Positions 40,654-49,231 of a stretch of DNA of 64,000 nucleotides are shown in pieces. The number at the start of each line of letters is the position of its first letter. Position 1 is the stretch's first letter. The notes beneath the pieces are model-generated. The model did not search any database and had not been told where the DNA came from. It was given only the letters and a program-made list of their open reading frames with translations. Source of the DNA: Alphaproteobacteria bacterium (GTDB lineage: Bacteria; Pseudomonadota; Alphaproteobacteria; MPNO01); assembly GCA_964291675.2 (NCBI GenBank), contig OZ219866.1:3328001-3392000 (forward strand), written 5' to 3'. The translations under genes were made by a program, and so were the position numbers.

Positions 40654-41247
40654 TCACCAAACCGAGGGAGGAGCTTGTCGCAGGTTCGGCACCTTGACGG
40701 GTATCTCTGCCAACTCGGGCAGACGATCGTCAAGAAAACAATCCACCAGTGCAGCGCAGTACTCCTGCTCCTCGGCGGTCAATTCCCTGCCTTTCGGAAT
40801 GTTATGCCAGTACTCAAGGCAGGTCCGGCAACATGTGGCCGTCGCGTGCTGGGCGTAGAATATGGCGTTCCCTTCGAACGGCGTCTGGCGTCCGTCCCGG
40901 GCGGGCTGCGCAGGAGCGAGATACTTGGTGAGCCGGTGCCGTGCCGCCTCTTTGAGCCGAATTCGACCCTTCCGCTGTGCATGCCGAACAGCCTTCTCGT
41001 CAAGTTTCCTGTGGAAGAAGTAGTGCCGGATCATCTCGTTCCTTAAAGCCGCGAAGGTGTACTCGACATCACCGAAGTCGCGCACGTGAAGCCTATTCCA
41101 GTCCACAAGATCAGCACCGCAGTACCGGCACCTCCCGCGTTGCTCCTGGGTCATCTTCTTCAGCTGTTTGAAGCAATGCAGATCATTCTCGCAGTCCGCC
41201 GACGTGCACTTGATGTTGAGGGGTGGCGGTCTTTGAAACTCGGGCAT
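40654..41247 (-). CDS. DUF4186 family protein with N-terminal Cys/His (Zn-finger-like) extension
   Basis: DGRQTPFEGNAIFYAQHATATCCRTCLEYWHNIPKGRELT; N-terminal CTSADC..LHC..CRYC; GAGGAG RBS. Confidence 0.8.
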   Translation of the reverse strand: MPEFQRPPPLNIKCTSADCENDLHCFKQLKKMTQEQRGRCRYCGADLVDWNRLHVRDFGDVEYTFAALRNEMIRHYFFHRKLDEKAVRHAQRKGRIRLKEAARHRLTKYLAPAQPARDGRQTPFEGNAIFYAQHATATCCRTCLEYWHNIPKGRELTAEEQEYCAALVDCFLDDRLPELAEIPVKVPNLRQAPPSVW

Positions 41248-41257
41248 TCGGATCTCC

Positions 41258-42712
41258 TCAATTCAGCGCACGATCAAGCAAAGAGCGATCGATTTCGTCT
41301 TCGATATGGTACGGATACCGCTCAAAAAATACGTCGCGCGCGACGGTCCACGGGTCTTCGTCCTCGCGCTGAAGCTTGGCAGCCGCACCCCACCAGTCGA
41401 GGCCCTGCCGGGACAACCGGAAGGCCAGGTAGTTCGCGAGCGCGCCGACGCTCACTCCCCGCTTCTTCGCCACTCGCCGGACCACACGTTGCAATCGCGG
41501 GATCATGTTGTTGGCCTGTGCAACGCAATCCTCGGCGAGTTCGTTCGCCTTGCCATCTAGCATCACGTCTCCGGCAAACTGGCTGGCCGCGATCTCCTCA
41601 TCCGATTCCCGACGTTCGCTGGACGTTGCTTCCGCCTCAACCAGCTCGAATGCCTGTTCGTCAGGCCGTTGCGCCGCATGGAACACCTCGTGGAGCAGAT
41701 CAAACGTCCAACGCGCTTCATGCCTCGACGTCTGCTTCAGCACGATCGCGTTACGGCCCTCGTAGCGCCAACACGCGCCGTGGAAAGTCCCTGTTCCCCT
41801 GAGTGGAAGCACAACCACCCCAAGGTCCCACACCGTGTGAAGAACCGTGCGGAGATCGTCCCTTCCCTCGCCGCGAGCCAAAATCTTCTTTCGCATTTCG
41901 CCCGGATCGGTCGGGATTGACTCAATAGGGTAGCCGGCCATCCCCCGTATGGCCACGACGGCCAGGTGATTGGCGTAGGTCGCGAAGAGTCCTGCGGCGC
42001 CCTCGTCACGTCGCTTCGGCATCTTGAAACGTGCGGCAGCCGCCGCCGTCATAGGTGCGGGCAATGCTTGAGCGCCGAAGATGTCGTCGCGCCTCCATCC
42101 GAAGACGCGCTCCAGCGCGGCTGCCGCTTTCGCGGTCAGTCTCTGGTCATTCCACTGATCCGGCACTTCGCCATCTGCGATGGCGGCATCCGCTGAACAC
42201 AACAAGCGTTCCACCACGAAGTCCCGACCCAGCCCCACCTGGCTGACCTTCGCGAGGAACCCCTTGAAGCTATCCGGCACGACGGGAAGTAGAATTTCGT
42301 TTTCTATCCGTAGCTCCAGGGCGCGCGCTACCTGGCACAGTCGCTGGTAGCTTGCGGACGCATAGCGCTCCGCCTCGTATCGTTGGATCTGCTGTTCCTT
42401 GAGATTTAGACGTTGCGCAAGCGCCCGTTGGCTGAGACCCCCTGCGATCCTGGCCTTGATCAAGCCATCCGCAAGTTCTTCGAACGAGCCTACTGAAATG
42501 ACTGACACCTCGGCTGATTTCAACTGCTCGTATTCCTCCAACTCTTCCCGCAGGTCTTCCAGTTGGCTCTCCATGGCCTCTCGTTCGGCCTGCACGAGCC
42601 TTGGATGCACGTCTGCCCGGTTGTCCGATTTGACATCGAATTCCTCGATTGCACGGGCAAAGCCGTGCGCCTTCTTTCGCGTGATTCGGTACTGTCTCTC
42701 GTTGGTGATCAT
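41258..42712 (-). CDS. XRE-HTH fused to ImmA/IrrE-family Zn metallopeptidase
   Basis: MITNERQY helical N-terminus, LIKARIAGGLSQRALAQRLNLKEQQIQRYE HTH, FDLLHEVFH (HExxH), EIAASQFAGDVML; ATGA overlap with the upstream gene. Confidence 0.88.
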   Translation of the reverse strand: MITNERQYRITRKKAHGFARAIEEFDVKSDNRADVHPRLVQAEREAMESQLEDLREELEEYEQLKSAEVSVISVGSFEELADGLIKARIAGGLSQRALAQRLNLKEQQIQRYEAERYASASYQRLCQVARALELRIENEILLPVVPDSFKGFLAKVSQVGLGRDFVVERLLCSADAAIADGEVPDQWNDQRLTAKAAAALERVFGWRRDDIFGAQALPAPMTAAAAARFKMPKRRDEGAAGLFATYANHLAVVAIRGMAGYPIESIPTDPGEMRKKILARGEGRDDLRTVLHTVWDLGVVVLPLRGTGTFHGACWRYEGRNAIVLKQTSRHEARWTFDLLHEVFHAAQRPDEQAFELVEAEATSSERRESDEEIAASQFAGDVMLDGKANELAEDCVAQANNMIPRLQRVVRRVAKKRGVSVGALANYLAFRLSRQGLDWWGAAAKLQREDEDPWTVARDVFFERYPYHIEDEIDRSLLDRALN

Positions 42713-43146
42713 GGCAAACTCCCCAGATCGATCAGCACGACGCCTTTTTGGACGCCGTTGCGGTCGGTCATAAAGAAGTCTCGAAAGAGCACTCCCGGCG
42801 CGGCACGTGCCGACGCCGGGAAGAGGTCTCCGAGATATTTCGCTTTCATCGCCGCCCGGGGGTGCTCCAAGTCGAGAAGCACCGGGTCCAATCGGTTCAG
42901 ATCGACACCCGCCGTTTCCCAAGCGGCGTCGTAATCCCCCGGCAGCGCCTTGGCCGTAACGAAGCTCCCGTCCAGCAACAGCTTCGCGCATCCGGCCATC
43001 GCCAAGTTGCGGCACGCAGCCAGCAAACCTTCCATCAGTCGAGCGCGATGGCTATTGCCAGCGAAGCGACGGGCGACATCGTGCCACCCAGCATCGTGGA
43101 TGCCTGGTGGGAGGTAGCCGGTCTTGGAGTCAAGTTTGGGTATCAC
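42709..43146 (-). CDS. Minimal nucleotidyltransferase-like protein (DUF6932 type)
   Basis: GYLPPGIH, LLLDGSFVTAKALPGDYD (GS..DxD pol-beta motif), KGVVLIDL; GTG start. Confidence 0.8.
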   Translation of the reverse strand: MIPKLDSKTGYLPPGIHDAGWHDVARRFAGNSHRARLMEGLLAACRNLAMAGCAKLLLDGSFVTAKALPGDYDAAWETAGVDLNRLDPVLLDLEHPRAAMKAKYLGDLFPASARAAPGVLFRDFFMTDRNGVQKGVVLIDLGSLP

Positions 43147-43153
43147 ACACCCA

Positions 43154-43181
43154 ACTATATTGTTGTGTAGAATCATGTCAA
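43154..43181 (-). promoter_or_regulatory. sigma70 promoter of the five-gene operon, probably leaderless
   Basis: TTGACA-16 nt-TATAGT, with the GTG start 7 nt downstream and no SD. Confidence 0.6.
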
Positions 43182-43319
43182 CCCCAACGCCCCGTCCCCG
43201 ACTGCCACCCCGCACAAGGCCGGGGCGACAGGTTGGGCGCGAGCGGCGGCGTGGGCATTCCGGCCGCCATTGGCGAGAAAATCGGGCTTGCCGGCCTCGT
43301 CGCCGGCTTCCGTCGCGGT

Positions 43320-43718
43320 CATTTCCGGCAACACGCCCAGCAGCACCAGGGCGTCGCGGAGATCGGGGTCGTGGGCGGCGGCCCTTCGCGGATCGTTCGC
43401 GTCGAAGCGGTCTCACAGCGGGGCGGCCGGCGTGGGCTTTCGGTAGGTCGGCCACAGCTCTCGCAAGCGGCTCTCGGCGTGTTCCGCGGCCGGAAAATGT
43501 GCTTCGCGGCAGGGGTGATGCCGGACCAGCAGGCCTTCAAGCTTCGGCCTGAGATAGACCAACGGCAAGTCCCCGAGGCCGGGCACGGTTTCCGGGTCGC
43601 GGCCGGCGACGCGGTCCGCCGCGAGCCGGTCGGCGTCCGGGAAGACCAGCGCCCCGCTGTCCCGCATCCGCTGATCGTTGCGCCGCCGCCGGCGGTCGAC
43701 GGCGAATTCGACGACCGC
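43320..43718 (-). pseudogene. Middle/C-terminal fragment of an RloB/TOPRIM-like partner gene with internal stop
   Basis: Reads [78 protein letters not shown]; 5' end cut at the tig junction; about 43610-43685 repeats at about 46870-46950. Confidence 0.6.
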
Positions 43719-44054
43719 GCGCGCTACCGCACCATCGCCGAGCGCCGGGTCCGCCTCGCGCTGATCCTGTCGGAGATCGGCCGGGCCAACAACATCCAGG
43801 TGAGCGAGGACGAGCTCAACCGGGCGATGATGGAGCAGGCCCGCATGATGCCCGACCGGGCGGCGCAGGTCTTCGAGTTCTACCGCGACAACCCCGACGC
43901 GATGCAGTCGCTGCAGGCGCCGATCTTCGAGGACAAGGTGGTGGATTTCGTCATCGAGATGGCGCAGGTGACGGACCGCGCGGTCGAGCTCGACGAGCTC
44001 ACCGCCGAGCCCGCCGATGGGGACGCCGCGCCGGAGGAGGGGCAGGACGGATGA
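43719..44054 (+). pseudogene. tig: Duplicated 3' fragment of tig
   Basis: Near-identical to 38146-38481; no start or N-terminal domains. Confidence 0.92.
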
Positions 44055-44686
44055 GCACCGACGCGAGGATGAACGCCCTGGTGCCGATGGTGGTCGAGCA
44101 GACCAACCGCGGCGAGCGGGCCTACGACATCTTCTCCCGGCTGTTGAAGGAGCGCATAATCTTCCTGATCGGCGGGGTCGACGATGCGGTCGCCTCGCTG
44201 ATCTGCGCCCAGATGCTGTATCTCGAATCGGAGAACCCGACCAAGGACATCGCCTTCTACGTCAACTCGCCGGGCGGGCTGGTGACCTCGGGGCTCGCGG
44301 TCTACGACACCATGCAGTACATCCGCCCGGAGATCTCGACGGTGTGCATCGGCCAGGCCGCCTCGATGGGCTCGCTGCTGCTGGCCGCCGGCGCCAAGGG
44401 CAAGCGCTACTCGCTGCCGCATGCGCGGATCATGGTGCACCAGCCCTCGGGCGGGTTCCAGGGCCAGGCCTCCGACATCGAGATCCACGCGCGCGAGATC
44501 CTGACCCTGCGCGGCAGGCTCAACCAGATCTATGTCGAGCACACCGGCCAGGACATCGGCACCATCGAGGAGGCGATGGAGCGCGACCGCTTCCTGTCGC
44601 CCGACGACGCCAAGGCGTTCGGCATCATCGACGAGGTCGTCACCAGCCGCCCCGCCCCGGAGGCCGAGGCCGCCAGCGGCGGGTGA
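44051..44686 (+). CDS. clpP: ATP-dependent Clp protease proteolytic subunit, copy 2
   Basis: Intact; differs from copy 1 at 3 residues (R/Q, A/T, P/A). Confidence 0.95.
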   Translation: MSTDARMNALVPMVVEQTNRGERAYDIFSRLLKERIIFLIGGVDDAVASLICAQMLYLESENPTKDIAFYVNSPGGLVTSGLAVYDTMQYIRPEISTVCIGQAASMGSLLLAAGAKGKRYSLPHARIMVHQPSGGFQGQASDIEIHAREILTLRGRLNQIYVEHTGQDIGTIEEAMERDRFLSPDDAKAFGIIDEVVTSRPAPEAEAASGG

Positions 44687-44809
44687 AGGGGGGGGGACGG
44701 AGAGCAGGCCGAGGCCGGCCACGCCACCCCGTACCGTTCACAGCGCATTTGCGGCGCGGCGTATCGAGGGACCGCCGCGCCCCTTGCCAACGCCCCGCCG
44801 TTTCCCGCA

Positions 44810-45590
44810 TCCCGTCATGCCCGGCCCCCGGATCGAGTTCGGGGGTGATCCGGGCACCAACTGCCGCCGCCGGCACAACGCCCCCCGTCGGGCGAGGCTG
44901 TGGCAGCAGTGGGTGGCCGGTACGGCCCCGCTCATCCCCCCCGTCATGGCCGGACTTGATCCGGCCATCCATGCGGCGTCCCCGCCTGCGAGGCGGCCGG
45001 CGGGAAGGGGCGGCGGCGCCAGTGGATGCCCGGATCAAGTCCGGGCATGACGATGGGGGGAGGCATGGCGCTGGGGCGGGGAACGCCGGGCGCGATCCGC
45101 GTCGAAGGCTAAACCGGACAGCAGTGGACTTGATCCGGGCATCCACTGGCGCCGCCGCTCCTCCCGACGGGGCGTTGTACCGGTGGCGCCAGTGGTTGCG
45201 CGGATCGAGTCCGCGCATGGATGGCCGGATCAAGTCCGGCCATGACGGGGTGGTGAAGATGGGGGGTGAAGTTGGGGGGACGAGGCGTCCCTCGATGCGC
45301 GGCTTCGCCGCTACTCACGATGAGGGCGAGGCTTGGGCCGGGCACCGACTGCTGCCGCCGGCACATCGGCCCGTCGGGCGCGGCTGTGGCGCCAGTGGGT
45401 GGCCGATACGGCCCCGCTCATCCCCCCCGTCATGCCCGGACTTGATCCGGGCATCCACTGCCGCCGCCGGCACATCGGCCCGTCGAGCGCGGCTGTGGCG
45501 CCAGTTGGTGGCCGGATCACCCCCGGACTCGATCCGGGGGCCGGCCATGACGAGGGGGGTGAAGATGGGGGGTGACGATGGGGGGCCGGA
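44810..45590. repeat. Large composite REP cluster containing one about 312-bp unit (45131-45442)
   Basis: Family A arms, a degenerate family B copy, and TAAACCGGACAGCAGTG at 45110; the unit recurs at 48408 and 48721. Confidence 0.9.
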
Positions 45591-46115
45591 TCAGCCCGAC
45601 GGCCGATGTCGGAACAGGCCGAGCCCGAGGCTTCGACGCAGGGTCAATTGCCGGCGTCGGTATTTCTGGAAATACAGGATGAGGTCCGCCGCCTCCTGCT
45701 GGACCGCCATGGCGCGGGAGACATCGATGGCGCGATCGTCGACCTCGTAGTCCGGCCCTCCGGTCGTCAGGTCCCCGAATTCGACCAAGCGCTTCGCATG
45801 CGTGAGAGGGTCGTCTCTCGAGGCGCGTGCCAACTCTACCGCGAGCCCATTGAGACGGCGAAAGAGTCCGACGAGGCGCGCTTCGGCCTGCCGGTCGCTG
45901 AGGTCGTCGATCTTCAGCCAGTAGTTGGTCGAAATTTCCGCCGCCTGCAGTATCGCGCCCCGGAGTTCGTCGTATCGCTGGGAGTGCTCGTCGACCCTGC
46001 TTTGCCAGACGCGAATGGCGAGGGCGGCGAACCATCCCAACAGGAAAGCGAGCAGGAGCTTGACGCCGTCCGACGTCAAACTCAGCCAAGGGTCTGGTGG
46101 CGGAGGTTCCGGCAA
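45591..46115 (-). CDS. Hypothetical protein with N-terminal TM helix (putative effector)
   Basis: VKLLLAFLLGWFAALAIRVW then a helical domain; directly downstream of STAS; TTG start uncertain. Confidence 0.6.
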   Translation of the reverse strand: MPEPPPPDPWLSLTSDGVKLLLAFLLGWFAALAIRVWQSRVDEHSQRYDELRGAILQAAEISTNYWLKIDDLSDRQAEARLVGLFRRLNGLAVELARASRDDPLTHAKRLVEFGDLTTGGPDYEVDDRAIDVSRAMAVQQEAADLILYFQKYRRRQLTLRRSLGLGLFRHRPSG

Positions 46116-46146
46116 GGCGTTGCCTGTGCTGTCGTGGCGGCGCGGA

Positions 46147-46485
46147 CTATTGCGGTCGCGCGTTGTCCATGTACCGGTTCGCGGACAACCGATAGGTCTC
46201 GTAGAGCGGGTCCAACGCCTTGAGTTCAAGGTGGCGCTTCACCTGTTCGCGGCCGAACAGGCGCCGACGGATCAGTCCGCCGAATGCTTCCTCCAGGAAC
46301 GACGAACCGTAGCCGTGGGTTCCGTCCAGTACGATGACCAGCTTGTCGTCCGACCCAATGGCCCTCCCCAGCAGATGGCCGAGCACATCGTCGCGGAACT
46401 CTTCGCCGCTATAGGGTCCGTGTTTCCTGAAGCGCCCTCCCGGCGTCGTCGAGAACTCGTCCGCGATTCTGTAGGTCATCGCCAT
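46147..46485 (-). CDS. STAS-like domain protein (DUF4325 type)
   Basis: IADEFSTTPGGRFRKHGPYSGEEFRDDVL, VLDGTHGYGSSFLEEAFGGL. Confidence 0.85.
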   Translation of the reverse strand: MAMTYRIADEFSTTPGGRFRKHGPYSGEEFRDDVLGHLLGRAIGSDDKLVIVLDGTHGYGSSFLEEAFGGLIRRRLFGREQVKRHLELKALDPLYETYRLSANRYMDNARPQ

Positions 46486-46869
46486 CCTGCCGCGCTCCCA
46501 CCAAAGCCGGAAACGCCAACGAACCGGCGTACCGCCGATCGAGCGATCGAGGGTTTCCGCCGTTTCGCCAGTACCCTTCCGATATATGTACCGTCCCCTT
46601 CTTGACAAGATTTGCGGGGACCCGAACGCAGCGCGATCTTTCGTTCCCGCATCTGCGCCGAGTCGCAGCCGCGTCCCGGCTCCTCGTAGGCACTGCGGCC
46701 CGCCGCCCAGGCCGCCCGGATACGCAGGCCGTCGTTTGCCGAGTCGAGACCCATCGCATTCGCGGACCGTTCCAGCCATTGACGCGCAAGTTCGCGCCGG
46801 CCGGAGTGCGGCAGCGCAGCGGGGGTGGCCGCTCCCGGATCGAGGAATATCGCCTCCAATGCGCACCCG
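46486..46869 (-). pseudogene. Frameshifted C-terminal remnant of a GHKL/HATPase kinase
   Basis: IFLDPGAATPAALP (DxG box), RSAYEEPGRGCDS (degenerate GxGL box), then in another frame ILSRRGRYIY..SIGGTPVRW leading into STAS. Confidence 0.55.
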
Positions 46870-47008
46870 GCGGCGCGGTCCGCCGCGAGCCGGTCGGCGT
46901 CGAGGAAGACCGGCGCCCCGCCGTCCCGCATCCGCGACCCGTTGCGCCGTCGCCTTCCGCCGCGGCGAAGATGCGTCGGCGGCGCGCGATGGGCCTGCGC
47001 GGCGGCAC
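46870..47008 (-). pseudogene. N-terminal fragment of the RloB/TOPRIM-like gene with internal deletion
   Basis: GTG 3 nt after the ATPase stop: MPPRRPIARRRRIFAAAEGD, then jumps frame to [23 protein letters not shown]. Confidence 0.6.
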
Positions 47009-47011
47009 GGG

Positions 47012-48220
47012 TCAGCCGAGCGAGGGCAGCCCGCCCAGCGCGCCGCCGCGGTAGAGCTTTCGGAGATCGGCGCCCCGGCGCAGCCCCGCGACATCGCGCA
47101 CGCCATAGGCCTGGGTGGCTCCTTCCCGGTCCTTCTCGACGATGAACACCTCTTCCTTTTCCAGGTCGTCGAGCGCCGACAGGCCGTGCAGCGAGCAGAT
47201 AAGCTGTGCGTTACGGGGGTTGGTGTCTTCGCGCCGGAACCAGCCCAAAATCTCGTCCACCAGGTCGGCGTGCAGGTCGTTGTCGAGCGCGTCCATTACC
47301 GCCAGCCCGCCGGATTCGAGCGCGTTGTCGAGCGCCGGAAATACTTGCACGGCCTGACGGGTCCCGGCGGACTCCCCTTCGAAGGTCACTGGCATGCCGA
47401 GACCGGAATGGGCAAAGACCAGGTACCAGTTCCCGTTACCCGCCTGAACCACGTTCATGCTCTCGATCCCGAGATCGAATCGTTCGAACCTGTCGGAGAT
47501 TCGTTTCCTCGCTCCGGGGGTTTCCCGGAAATAGGCGGTTATGGCGCGGTCCGAGAGGCGCATCGGTTCGACCGCCGTGACGTTCGTTTGCACCCCGTCC
47601 AAATCGTCCACCATCGCTGAAAACGTCTCGACGCCCATACGGGAAAGGGTCGACAGGGCCGAGGCGTCCCGCGGAACCGAGGCGAGCCGGTCGTCGCTCG
47701 GTCTGATGCCCATGTGCCTCGCGACGTAGACCGGTCCATCGCCGCGGCGTTCCATCAACCGCCGGGGCCGGCCCCGCGGGAAATCGTGCAGCGCCTCGTA
47801 GCCCACGGCGCCGGGTTTGAAATCCCGTGTGTCCCTCCGCAATTCCACGGTGTAGCGGTACACGTCATTGGGCGCGTCCGGGCCGGAGAGCGGCCAGGGC
47901 GCGTCGAAACCCATTTCGACCCGGGTGGGCTTGCGCAGGGAGTCCTCGGAGGCAAACGCGTTGAAGCCTCCGAGGGAATCCGGTCCGTCGCCGTAGGAGC
48001 GCACCGCGAAGCGAACCGTATCCGCCAGCGCCCGCAAACAGGCCGACTTCCCCGACCCGTTGGGGCCGATCAGCGCAACCGCGGCCGGAACCCGGAGGTC
48101 GGACCGCGCGGTGGGGCGGCGCAGCCACGGCCGCTCCGGCGTGGTCCCCGGGACGCGGAAGTCCAGCGTGACCTCGTCCCGTATAGATCGGTAGTTGTTG
48201 ACCTTGATCCAGTGCAACAT
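47012..48220 (-). CDS. ABC-type AAA_21 ATPase (RloA/AbiEii-like)
   Basis: IKVNNYRSIRD, GPNGSGKS, ESAGTRQ signature, VMDALDNDLH Walker B variant, AQLICSLH, LYRGGALGGLP C-terminus. Confidence 0.88.
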   Translation of the reverse strand: MLHWIKVNNYRSIRDEVTLDFRVPGTTPERPWLRRPTARSDLRVPAAVALIGPNGSGKSACLRALADTVRFAVRSYGDGPDSLGGFNAFASEDSLRKPTRVEMGFDAPWPLSGPDAPNDVYRYTVELRRDTRDFKPGAVGYEALHDFPRGRPRRLMERRGDGPVYVARHMGIRPSDDRLASVPRDASALSTLSRMGVETFSAMVDDLDGVQTNVTAVEPMRLSDRAITAYFRETPGARKRISDRFERFDLGIESMNVVQAGNGNWYLVFAHSGLGMPVTFEGESAGTRQAVQVFPALDNALESGGLAVMDALDNDLHADLVDEILGWFRREDTNPRNAQLICSLHGLSALDDLEKEEVFIVEKDREGATQAYGVRDVAGLRRGADLRKLYRGGALGGLPSLG

Positions 48221-48373
48221 ATGTCTAGCCTGACATTTTTTTGTCGACTATGGGCTTTAACTTGAAAAGTGTCGTCAACAATGTCAATCGGCGTCGTTGC
48301 CGGAGGCGGTCCGCCCCGCCGCCATCCCGGGAAGTCCCGCTGGGCCGGATCGAGAGACCTCCATTCCCCCAAC

Positions 48374-49105
48374 CCGTCATGCCTGGCCCCCGGATCAAGT
48401 CCGGGGGTGATCCGGGCATCCACTGGCGCCGCCGCTCCTCCCGACGGGGCGTTGTACCGGTGGCGCCAGTGGTTGCGCGGATCGAGTCCGCGCATGGATG
48501 GCCGGATCAAGTCCGGCCATGACGGGGTGGTGAAGATGGGGGGTGAAGTTGGGGGGACGAGGCGTCCCTCGATGCGCGGCTTCGCCGCTACTCACGATGA
48601 GGGCGAGGCTTGGCCCGGGCACCAACTGCCGCCGCCGGCACAACGCCCCGTCGGGCGCGGCTGTGGCGCCAGTGGGTGCCCGATACGGCCCCGCTCATCC
48701 CCCCCCGTCATGCCCGGACTTGATCCGGGCATCCACTGGCGCCGCCGCTCCTCCCGACGGGGCGTTGTACCGGTGGCGCCAGTGGTTGCGCGGATCGAGT
48801 CCGCGCATGGGTGGCCGGATCAAGTCCGGCCATGACGAGGGGGGTGACGATGGGGGGTGACGATGGGGGACGAGGCGTCCCTCGATACGCGGCTTCGCCG
48901 CTACTCACGATGACGGCGAGGCTTGGCCCGGGCACCAACTGCCGCCGCCGGCACATCGGCCCGTCGGGCGCGGCCGTGGCACCGGTGGGTGGCCGCGGCG
49001 GCGCGTCGATGCGCGGGCGCGTGTCCCCCGATACGCCCCCGGCCCCCGCTCGTCCCCCCCGTCATGCCCGGCCCCCGGACTCGATCCGGGGGCCGGGCAT
49101 GACGC
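48374..49105. repeat. Composite REP cluster with about two tandem copies of the about 312-bp unit
   Basis: 48408-48720 nearly identical to 45131-45442; a second partial unit spans 48721 to about 48990. Confidence 0.9.
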
Positions 49106-49231
49106 GGGGAGGGGGCGGGCGCGTCCCTGGATGCGCCCCCCTCCGGGAGGTCTCAGGATGGGAGGCGGTGGCCGGGACGAAGTGGGCCGAGCCCGGCCCC
49201 TCCGCCCCGCCTTCCGCGCCCCGGCCCGCCG

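Noticed and set aside
41258-43146. Canonical CBASS with CapH/CapP
   Set aside because: The NTase is only about 145 aa, too small for a CD-NTase, and no known Cap effector or Cap2/Cap3 is present.
39120-43718. Prophage or integrase-mobilised island at tRNA-Leu/clpP
   Set aside because: No integrase, no phage structural genes and no tRNA 3'-end duplication; the boundaries are a gene duplication and a microhomology joint.
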